64,000 nucleotides of DNA. It comes from Octopus vulgaris (taxonomy: Eukaryota). Under the pieces are notes generated by a model, which saw only the letters and a list, made by a program, of their open reading frames with translations, did not search any database and had not been told where the DNA came from. How positions within the stretch are numbered: position 1 is the stretch's first letter; the number at the start of each line of letters is the position of its first letter. The position numbers were made by a program, and so were the translations under genes. The stretch lies in assembly GCA_951406725.2 (NCBI GenBank), contig OX597816.1, positions 128,836,001 to 128,900,000 on the forward strand. Reading direction: 5' to 3'. Below, one piece after another: positions 54,600 through 64,000 of this stretch.

Positions 54600-55165
54600 A
54601 GACATGACTGTGTTGTGGTAAGGAGCTCGTTTCCCAGCTGCATGGTTCCAGGTTCAGTCCCACTGTTAGGCACCTTTGAAGTGTCTTCAGCTATAGCTTC
54701 AGTTTGACCAAAGTGTGTGTGTATACATGTGTGTGTGTGTGCATACATGAATGTGTGTGCATATGTGCAATATGTGTGCATACGTGCATGTGTGTGCAAG
54801 TATGTATGTCTATGCATATGTGTGTGCAAGTCTCTGTGTATGTGCGAGTGTGTGTGTGGGTGCGAGTGTGTGTGTGTGTGCAAGTGTGTGTGTGAGCGAG
54901 TGTGTGTATATATGTGTGAGTGTGTGTGTATGTGTGTGTGTGCACACATTTCTTTGTGCCTGTGTTTGTCCCCCATCACTGCTTCAGAAGCGGTGTCGGT
55001 GAATTTACATTCCCTGTAATTTGACAGTTTGGCAAAAGCAACTGGTAGACTACATACCAGGCTTAAAGACAAAAATAAATGCTGAGGTTGATTCATTTGA
55101 TTAAAATTCTTCAAGGTGGAACCCCAGCATGGCCACAGTCTAATAACTGAAACAAGCAAAAGTGT
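54600..55165 (+). mobile_element. SINE family A with expanded central (TG)n region
   Basis: Head 54600-54712, tail 54950-55165. Confidence 0.8.
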
Positions 55166-55710
55166 AAAAATGTAAAGTTCTGTTAAGGTCACCACCTAAG
55201 TTTTGATTTTCATTTGAAACCATTTCATACTACTTACCTATCAAATGGTCTTAACATAGACATGAACATCATGCAAATTTATCTCCTTCCACTGTAAAAC
55301 TAAGATTTCATGTTGATGAAAGGAATAAAAAGAAATGGTTGAGGAACTTGTTCAAACATAGAACTTAATATGTTCCAAAGAGGAGAGAGTGAACAATGTA
55401 TTTTTATTTAAATGCCACCAGAAACATGTGTCACTAAGACTAAGGATCTCTGTTGTAAACACATAGATGCTACCCTATTGTATTTTTGATAAAATGTGAA
55501 GTAATTTTGTGCCAGCAAATAAACGTTCAACTGGTGTTGCTACATTAATCCTTTGGAGCTCACATGTAACAAACCAGGAGAAAAGTAGAAAACAGAGTTC
55601 TTTCTTATACAGCTTGACCAACAAATTGTCTAGGAGGGGCAACTTATATGTCTAGAAACATATATAGTATATATAGAAATAGTGTTCATTTGTTTGACCT
55701 AACTGAATTT

Positions 55711-55911
55711 TTAACCCTTTAGCATTCAGATTACTCTGTCAAATGTAATGCTATTCATTTACATTGTTTTGAATTAATCATGCAATATTTTGCAGATTTG
55801 AGGGTTTGATGACATAATGGTTTAATTTTAGAATTGGATCTAGTTGGTTTGAAGATAAAACAGGAAGAATATTTTGGTCAGATATGGCTGGTTTAAATAC
55901 AAGAGCTTTAA
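55711..55911. mobile_element. piggyBac-type MITE related to 44435-44663
   Basis: TTAACCCTTTAGCATTC start; AGAATATTTTGGTCAGATATGGC near the end; terminal TTAA. Confidence 0.75.
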
Positions 55912-57172
55912 GACGGGTTCATAGCTTGAGGTATATTTCAGTTTCTAACTCCTACTCATGTCCAGATGTTTTTGCCTTTACCCCAATGCAAATGCTCAAA
56001 GGTGAAGACAGAGCATATAGAAGTATGGGCCTGGCTTTTAAGTCCAATGACTCTTCCATAACTTTGGTTCCCTTTAATTGTCCCTACCTTAACTGTTTTT
56101 ATAACATTTAGTAATAATTTTTTTTCTTTTGAAAGGAGTCCCAATATATAGACACAAGTCTTCTTTGATTTAATGCATAAAGCAAAATGATGATATGAAG
56201 GAAAACCAATTACTTTTCTCAAAAGAACATCTCTTGATGTTTCTAACCTCTTGTTATTGAAACTATTCACAGCCAGATGAGAACATGAGAATGTCATTAA
56301 CTATCATAGGTATTGTGCTAATAGCAATATCAGTACCCCAACACCATAAGCTATAATATTTTCCCCATACAATTTTTAAAGATTAATAAATGATACGAAA
56401 ATATATTTATATAGCGAATTAAATGAGTTTTTCCAAATAAACAAACATATTGAAATATATTTATTTAGACATCAAGAATATTTGATTTATCCTGAAGTGG
56501 TTATTGTTTTTCAGATTTGTAGTTTGGCTAAGATTGCAGAAAATTAATGCCTATAAATACAATTTAAATTACAAGAGATAAGCAATCTTGTACATACCCT
56601 GCCACACACACTCACACATTCGTTCACATACATAAACATAAGAACCAGCACATTTATATATATATACACGCAAGCATTTACACTTATATGTATTATTACA
56701 GATACCTACATATATGTTTGCATAATTTTGGATTTCTATAGTGAATTTTGAAAACCCATTTAAGATTTATAGCAAAGATTTCCTTCCTTGGAGAAAATGT
56801 TTAAACTCTTATACAATTCACAAATGTATATGCTACTGAGAGGGAAAGGGAAAAGAAATTGTTGTTTCTGTATTATCAACAGATTCATACATTAAAAGTG
56901 AAATGACCCTATTTCCTTTCCAAGTGGGAATTGCTTAAATTTGTTCTACTATAAATGTATGCATTACAAGTATGGCTTCTTGTCATTTCTTCATAACAGT
57001 TAGAGATAAAGAAGATTCATGGTGTTACCCTAACAAACATAAAACTAACATTTAATTGATATCTCTATGATAGACATATTTGGTACTCCTTCGAACATAG
57101 TAGCTAAATCCCTTTCTGTACAAATTCTGTGTATGCATGTGGCTGTTGTATATTTATTATTTGTGTATATAA

Positions 57173-57222
<50 letters not shown>

Positions 57223-57520
57223 ATTATATGTGTGTGTTGGCATAGATATATATTTACATCTGTGTACATACATAGATACATATATATTATATATGTGCAT
57301 ATATATATACGTAGATAGATAGATAGATATACAAACACATCTTGATACATATAAATTATGTATATTATTAATATCCAGTACCGCTGCTGTAGTCTCCTTT
57401 AGAGAGACTTAGAAATATTAATATTTCTATTTTTGAAAACCAGTGGATGTATTTCACTGAATTTAGGTATATAATCCTTCAAACAGATGGTCAGTAGTGA
57501 TGCCTGCTGGGTTTGGCTGC

Positions 57521-57563
57521 TCTACATTGATAAGGGGCAAATACCAAAAAACTAGTCTGTAGA
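57521..57563 (+). ncRNA. Minimal type I hammerhead ribozyme, U3-A8 core variant (copy 1; G12 and helix II mutated)
   Basis: TCTACA-TTGATAA-GGGG-CAAATA-CCAA-AAAA-CTAG-TC-TGTAGA; perfect 6-bp helix I; predicted cleavage after C57557. Confidence 0.75.
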
Positions 57564-57880
57564 TGCCTGACCAGCAAGGGGAAGTGGCTGATCTTCCCTG
57601 TTCAAAGGTTATAATGGACACAGGTTCGTGTGTCACATATCTAGCTAGAGGCAATGGCCTCTTGGAGCTAATCAACAGCAGCATTCATCCTATTTTCCTG
57701 GACTGCCATGTTAGCTTGGCGATAACTTTTAATATCCAGTACCACTGTCGTAGTCTCCTTTAGAGAGACTTAGAAATATTAATATTTCTATTTTGAAAAC
57801 CAGTGGATGTGTTCCACTAAATTTAGGTAAATAATCCTTTGAACAGACGGTCAGTAGTGATGCCTGCTGGGTTCAGTTAC

Positions 57881-57913
57881 TCTACATTGATAAGGGGCAA
57901 ATAACCTGAAACT
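57881..57913 (+). ncRNA. Hammerhead ribozyme, U3-A8 variant (copy 2, 3'-truncated)
   Basis: TCTACA-TTGATAA-GGGG-CAAATA-ACCT-GAAA-CT, then unrelated sequence. Confidence 0.7.
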
Positions 57914-57924
57914 CACTACATTCC

Positions 57925-58140
57925 TTGCAAGCAGTCACAGCCCATGTTTCACTGCCATGTAACATAGCTGTTCCCACACATGCGTCATACAGCTTACCTT
58001 TTACTCTGAGCGAGAGGCCCTTTGTCACCAGCAGAGGTAGGAGCTCTCTGAACTTTGCCCAGGCTATTCTTATTCTAGCAGCTACACTTTGAGAGCATCT
58101 GCCTCTGCTACTGACTTGGTCCCCTCGGTAACGGAAGTTA
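57925..58140 (-). mobile_element. RTE LINE fragment (post-RT region)
   Basis: ORF 57882-58145: FRYRGD..ARIRIAWAKFRELLPLL..KGKLYDACV..MLHGSETW. Confidence 0.9.
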
Positions 58141-58468
58141 TACATATATAGGGACAGCTGATGAAGGGGATTTTTCCTTGTGTAGTTGTCTTGTACTCTG
58201 TTTTTTTGTTGTTAAAAAAATGGTCCGTTCCATGCTTGTTTTGACTTTTTCGTTTCTCGTTGAGTTCTACGTCTATTTGTGGTGTCCTGTACTCACATAT
58301 ATATATTTATATATGCATGTATATATACATGTAGATGTAGGTACGTACATATATGTTTGTATGTATGCATATATTTTATTTATTACACTATTGTATGACT
58401 GAGCACCCTCGTGTCGATTCGATTCGTTTCGTTTCGTTTCATTTCTTCTTCTTCTCTAAGCTGTTTTT

Positions 58469-58500
<32 letters not shown>

Positions 58501-59794
58501 TGTATGTATATATATATATATATACATATGTACATGTGTGTGTCTGTGTTTTTTGTGTGTATGTAAACTTAGATCTAACACTCTTAGCTTAGAGTGATTA
58601 CTGCAGCACCACCACTCCAATGAATAGTGTTCTGCACTTTAACGTCTTCTGTTTCATTGTTCTAGGTTAACTGAGTTTTCAGGTTCACATCTATTACTGA
58701 TATTGCTTGGAGAAATTACTTCATATCTTCCTCTCTCTCTCTCCACTGCTATAGTTGTGAGTATTATGTTGTTGTTTTTTTGTTTTTTTGGTGGGTGGGT
58801 GGACTCAGCTTATTTCCTGAGAGCAGCTCCCTGCATTACATTTAAGTTATCACAAAAACAGTTTCTTACAGACAGCCTTTCTATCAAACCCATGTTATAT
58901 ATCTAGCAAATCCTATTCAAGAAATTCATAATCCTGAACTCTCTAATTTACTTCTTATAAAACTCTAAAACTCAATAATAAACTTCATTACTAAAGCACA
59001 TGCTTTTAGTGGCTCATTACTGAATTTTAGATATCTTAAAAGCTGTATCATCAAATATACATTGAATTGCAAATGTAATACAATGGAATTCATCCAACAC
59101 CCAATGAGAAACTGACTTTTCTTTGACTATCAACATGTACTGTAATAGCTTGTTGACCTAATGAAATGAAATTAATGATAGCTTACTTGTAAAATGCAAA
59201 TTAGGATTTATTTAGTTAATTATTCACACTCAGTAGCTAATTAAAGGAAACCAAAGAAATACCAACTAGGCTATCTTCAACAAAACCCCCCGCAAACTTT
59301 TACCCAATAATTTCAGTATGGAATGGAAGTTGTAAAATATCAAAAAAGAAAAATTATTTTCAATTAGTTACCAATATTAAATTTTCATTTGTCTTTTATT
59401 CAAATAAAAGTATTTAGTACTAACTATGAACAAGACTCTCCTTTCATGGTGCTTCATAGATAGCCACACCTTCCACTTAAAGATGTGATTGTCCTTTCTA
59501 TTCCAAATCAATTTAACTTACAGGCACTTATGTTATTGACTACAAAAAGGACAAAAGACTGAATCAATACTGAAAGAGCTGGCATTTTGCCACTTAATCA
59601 CCATCATTGATATAATAGCTTGGTAAATGTTTGAAAATAGTAAAATTACAGACAGGTCTAAGCAGGCAGCAAGATAAAATGAGGTGTAGTCCAGATTACA
59701 GGAAATATTCTATAGTAAGATTGTTACAAACGCTCATTTGCTGCTCTTGTCAACCTACAAAAATTATTTTCCAGCAAAAAGCAGTTTACAGAAA

Positions 59795-59814
59795 TTATTA
59801 CTATCCTCCTCCTT

Positions 59815-59846
<32 letters not shown>

Positions 59847-59920
59847 GCTGCTGCTACTACTACTCATCCTTATCCTCCTACTTCTCCTCCCCCTCCTCCT
59901 CCCCTCCTCCTCATCATCAT
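59795..59920. repeat. (CTA)n/(CTG)n/(CCT)n microsatellite
   Basis: Directly visible. Confidence 0.95.
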
Positions 59921-59984
59921 CAACAAATACCACAAAATTCTGTTCATTACTTTAATAATTTTGGCAACCAACTAATTGCCTTTT

Positions 59985-60500
59985 GCTTCTGATTTAGGTA
60001 CAATGCCAGTAATTTTGAAGGGAGGAGTTAGTCAATACCATAGACTCCTCCCCTAGTATATCACTGATACACTATTTTATCATCCTCAAAAAGGATGAAA
60101 GGTAAAATTGACCAAAATGGGAACTGAACTCACAACTGTAAGGCATTGGATAAATACTGCAAGATATTTTCCAATGCTCCATTCATCCATGTCTTTAGAG
60201 TGTGAGAAAATACCTTGTGATATTTATTCCTGCGCTTTACATTCTGAGTTCAAATCCAGTCAAGGTCAACTTTGTCTTTTATCTTTGTGGGGTTGATTAA
60301 ATAAGGTACCAGTCAAATAAGATACCAGTCAAGATGCCAGTCAAGTCCTCTCGAAACTGCTGACTTTGTGCCAAAATTAGAAACCATTATTATTATTCTT
60401 GTTGTCATGGTAATTATTCAATATTTAAGGTGCCAAGGGCAGCGATCTGGCAGAAACGTTAGCATGCCGAGCGAAATATTTAGTGGTATTTCATCTGTCT
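59985..60500. mobile_element. Cluster of decayed family B SINEs (minus 59985-60170; plus 60230-60385 and 60437-60500)
   Basis: Nin-like domain in both orientations. Confidence 0.65.
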
Positions 60501-60759
60501 TTTTGTGCTTTGATATTGGTGATATGTTTCCATCTTCACTCTCTAGCTCCTTACAAACTTTGTAGTTGAAAGATCTGGAAACTTAAAAATTGTGATATTT
60601 CTAAATGCCTCTTCATTTCTCGTGTAAGATGAGGGTCTGCCATTATTATTTTCTGAAACAAAGATTATACAGAGTTAACAAAAAATACAGCAATGACCCA
60701 AAAAAGGTATGTCCTCAAATACCATACGCACCCTGTATATATACACACATACACACAAT

Positions 60760-60890
60760 TCTTTCAGTTTCTCTCTACCAAATCTACTCACAAGGCTTTG
60801 GTTGGCACAAGGTTACAGTAGAAGACACTTGCAGGGAAACCATGCCATGGAACTGAGTCTGAAACCATGTGGCTGAGAAGCAAAAATTCT
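60760..60890 (-). mobile_element. SINE family A head
   Basis: CTTTCAGTTTC..CTACCAAATCTACTCACAAGGCTTTGG. Confidence 0.75.
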
Positions 60891-61139
60891 TAAAAACTTA
60901 ACCGTTCACATATTTACAGATCTATATATTTACATATTATTTTATATTCTGTATCTGTATTTGTGCAATTTACCAATTTTAACATATCTTAATATAACGC
61001 ATTACAATTTTGCACCGTTCCATCCCATTTTTATGCACATATATGTATACAATCACATTATACATGTTGCTTCATTTCTTATGTATTTCATATGAATGCA
61101 TGGGCTGTCATGGCAGGTATACAAAACAAATATCCAAAT

Positions 61140-61490
61140 TTGATGATAACTGCAATGACGGCAATGATGACGGCAGTGGTGGTGACGGTTGTAATAGTGC
61201 TTTTAGTGGTGGTGGTTGCAGTGGTGGTAGTGGTAGTTTTAGTGGTGGTGGTACTGGTGGTGGTGGCAGCAGTCATGGTTTTAGTGGTAGTGGTAGTGAT
61301 GCTGCTGGTGGTTTTAGGGGAAGTGGAGGTGATGTAATGATGATGATGGTCCTGATCATAATGATGATGATGCTAACAATGATGGTGGTGGTGAATGTGG
61401 TGGTGGTGGTGGTAATGCAGTTGTGGCAGCGGCGGCAGCGGTGGTGAGGTTGTGATGGTGGTGGTGGTGGTGCTAGTGGTGATAATGATG
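61140..61490. repeat. Degenerate (GGT)n/(GAT)n trinucleotide tract
   Basis: Directly visible. Confidence 0.9.
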
Positions 61491-61814
61491 TCAGAGAAAC
61501 TTTGTTGATAATGTGTGTTGTGCCAATAATGGCAGTGATAAAAAGAAAACATTGAAATGGAAGAATAAAGAGGACACAATGTGTGTAATTGTTGTTAAGT
61601 GAGACTGAATTCTAAAAATCATTTATTCATTGAATTAGGTCAGAAAGGATACTCTCTGTAGGGACTTTTATTTTTAAACTCAATTTATTATCTGCATTCA
61701 AAATGGGAAAAAATTTAAGTACCTGTATCTGAATGATGTCATGGATATTAAAAACCAATCTGACAATAATATGCACATACATATCACACCACATGCACAC
61801 ACATTTATTATAGC

Positions 61815-61990
61815 ATCATCATCATCATCATGGACAGTTTGACAGGAGCTGACCAGCTCAGGCTCCATGTCTGTTTTGGCATCGTTTCTACAGCTGGATG
61901 CCCTTCCTAACATAAACCACTTTACAGAGTGTACTGGCTGCTTTTACATGGCACTGATATGAGTGCCTTTTGCATGGCACCAGTGCCCAC
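61815..61990 (-). mobile_element. RTE 3' UTR fragment
   Basis: (CAT)n, then GTTTCTACAGCTGGATGCCCTTCCTAA, identical to 1492-1518. Confidence 0.75.
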
Positions 61991-62492
61991 AAGCCCACAA
62001 GATTAGGAGCACTCAGAACAGGCATGTCCCTTGTCTGCCCTGCATATATATATATATTTTTTTTTTTTTATTCTATAATTTTTTTACACATTTTAGCCCT
62101 AAGGTTGTGGCCATGTTGGAGCACTGCCAGTGTTATCAATTTTACAATGGCAAAATCTTATGTGATTGGCTTTTGGTGAAGGTTGGGGTTCAACATTGCT
62201 GCCCTCTTTTGAGTTTCTTGCCGTGATATAGGATTATCTGTGACATTAGATAGCTGGAGGTCAAGTCATTTCTTGAAAACATCCCTCAGATATTTTGTCA
62301 AGGTATTCTGAAACCTCCCTTACCCTCATTCTTATAGCAGTCAGATACAACCATAGTTTTGGCCAGTTAGCAACTGAACTTCACAACCTCATATGTTCTT
62401 AAAATTTAAATCTACATCTTTATCTGTATATCTACCTTCTCTAAAATGTTACTACTTGATTTGAAAGCTTTTATATTATTGGAAAACCTTTA

Positions 62493-62585
62493 TAATTGGC
62501 TGAAGAGCACTCAGCATCTTAAATCTGCTGTAATTCTTACAACTTTTAATAAAATGTTGTAGTGCGAAACAATTGTACCAAATTA
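62493..62585 (+). ncRNA. Type I hammerhead ribozyme with intact core
   Basis: TAATTGG-CTGAAGA(62500-06)-GCACT...AGTGC-GAAAC(62566-70)-AATT-GTA-CCAAATTA; GUA cleavage predicted after 62577. Confidence 0.88.
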
Positions 62586-62741
62586 CCGGAGTCATTCTTG
62601 TTGCTTATTTTTGATTATAATCACCCCGCAAATTTTTATGGGTAACACCATACAAAATTCTGGTGCATCTAAATTAAGTACCATATTCATTTGAATCTAA
62701 ATTGTTGCTGATCTTACATATATATATATATATATATAAAA

Positions 62742-62810
<69 letters not shown>

Positions 62811-62869
62811 AACACACATGCACACACACACACACATGCGCATGCACACATACACATATATATATATAT

Positions 62870-64000
62870 ATAAAACTTAGATAAAAACTTAGATATGTTT
62901 TGACCAAAGATTGGTCCAGGCCATATCTAACTTAATAGCACCACCTGATAGGACTATCTATATCCTTTTTAAGTCAAGTTTTGTTTATGGTCCATTCAAG
63001 TAGTGAATTCTTGTTGAATGAGTTGTATCCAGGTATGGGTGGCTTATCTGGTATTCCTTGAAGAAATCTATCCAGACTCTGTTTAAAGGTGATGGGATCC
63101 TTTTCCTCTTTAATCAGTTTTGGGACAATGTTAAACAGGGCAGGGCCTGTTGAGGAAAAGAAATTTATGTCGCAGTGTATCTATATGTTGTGATCCTGAA
63201 TTAGAAAGGGGACACATGGCCCTTGGTACCAGCCTTGGATGAACCTTGAAACTAATGTTCAGGTCGTTTGGGCAATGCTGGCAGTATATTCTCCACATCG
63301 TACAAATGATATACCACTCGCAGCGGCGCTGGAGAGAGTAGAGTTTCAAGGCTTTAAGGCGGTCCTAGTAATCGAGATCAGTCATGCCTTCAATTTGTTT
63401 AGTGAGTGCCCTCTGGGGTGATTCAATCCTGGAGATGTTTTGTTTTGTATGGGGAGACCACAAGGGGCAGCAGTATTCAAGGTGTGGCCATACAAAGGAG
63501 GAGAAAAGTGGAATGAGTTGGTAGGTGTATGTTTGCTGATGAAAGAGAGAGAAAGAGTGAGTCAGAAACAGATTACTCACTCAAGTATAATGGCTGGAGC
63601 CTCCTTTCATACTCAACAATGCTCAAGCAACAAGGGAAATATATCAGACCATCTGGTGGTATCTGATATCCAGTAGTTCTTTCTCTTTTATCAGTAAACA
63701 TGTAGATGCTATTAGTATTTCTCACTTGTGTGGTAGGCAACCTTTCCATGCTACTCCACCACTCCACCAACAAGTTACCAAAATGTCACTCCAATCACTC
63801 TTTTTCTCGTTTGATATCACATTTCTTTCTCCCTTCTATTTTGGTTCATATTCTCCTATCACCCTCATTGCAGATCATTCTGCTCATAATGTTGCCTCAA
63901 TCAAAGATAACATGCAGTGGATAGGATGAATTCCTTTTATCTTGCAAGGAACCAGGTCACTTTACTGGTTCTACACTATTAGCTTTTAAACAATTATGTA
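62870..64000 (-). mobile_element. CR1/L2-clade LINE 3' portion with 3' UTR and tandem tail
   Basis: SFVWPHLEYCCPLWSPH..IESPQRALTK..DY; LKLYSLQRR; 3' UTR GGTGGTGCTATTAAGTTAG also at 15095-15120; tail repeat TATCTAAGTTTT. Confidence 0.88.

Larger units (their letters stand above)
57368..57913 (+). mobile_element. Candidate non-LTR retrozyme: 1.5 tandem units of a 360-nt structured monomer
   Basis: 57368-57553 is repeated at 57729-57913 (offset 360-361); HHR motif in each copy; many internal hairpins; no meaningful ORF. Confidence 0.7.

Noticed and set aside
53700-56300. Possible piggyBac transposase remnants
   Set aside because: Only faint motif resemblance; needs a tBLASTn or HMM search to confirm
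57368-57913. LTR pair or TRIM explanation for the direct repeat
   Set aside because: No TG...CA ends, PBS, PPT or TSD; copy 1 runs through the HHR into the spacer, which fits a partial tandem array
58151-58191. GACAG-CTGATGA-AGGG..CCTT-GTGTA-GTTGTC, HHR-like
   Set aside because: No GAAA box and the helix I register is ambiguous; could be a relic but is not supportable from one copy
3731-62907. Many ORFs rich in VC/YI/HT/LS, poly-I, poly-H or poly-G
   Set aside because: Translations of di-, tri- and tetranucleotide microsatellites, not genes

Overview
This is AT-rich, microsatellite-dense eukaryotic DNA. The SINE and LINE repertoire points to a coleoid cephalopod such as Octopus (inference). 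I found no credible host protein-coding exon; nearly all listed ORFs are translations of microsatellites. The window is a nested patchwork of tRNA-derived SINEs and decayed RTE, R4/Dong and CR1/L2 LINEs. It also holds Penelope-like elements (PLEs), mariner and hAT transposase relics, and hAT, piggyBac and pogo-type MITEs. The main hidden signal is about 10 type I hammerhead ribozyme (HHR) motifs, found by eye. One has an intact core and a branched helix II (62493-62585). One sits in a tRNA-like/HHR module behind a PLE endonuclease (22513-22840). The strongest candidate for an undescribed system is a structured tandem repeat with a 360-nt period (57368-57913), whose HHR reads UUGAUAA (compensatory U3-A8 core) in both copies; it looks like a retrozyme that CUGANGA motif searches would miss. 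Repeat boundaries are approximate, and no folding or database search was run.
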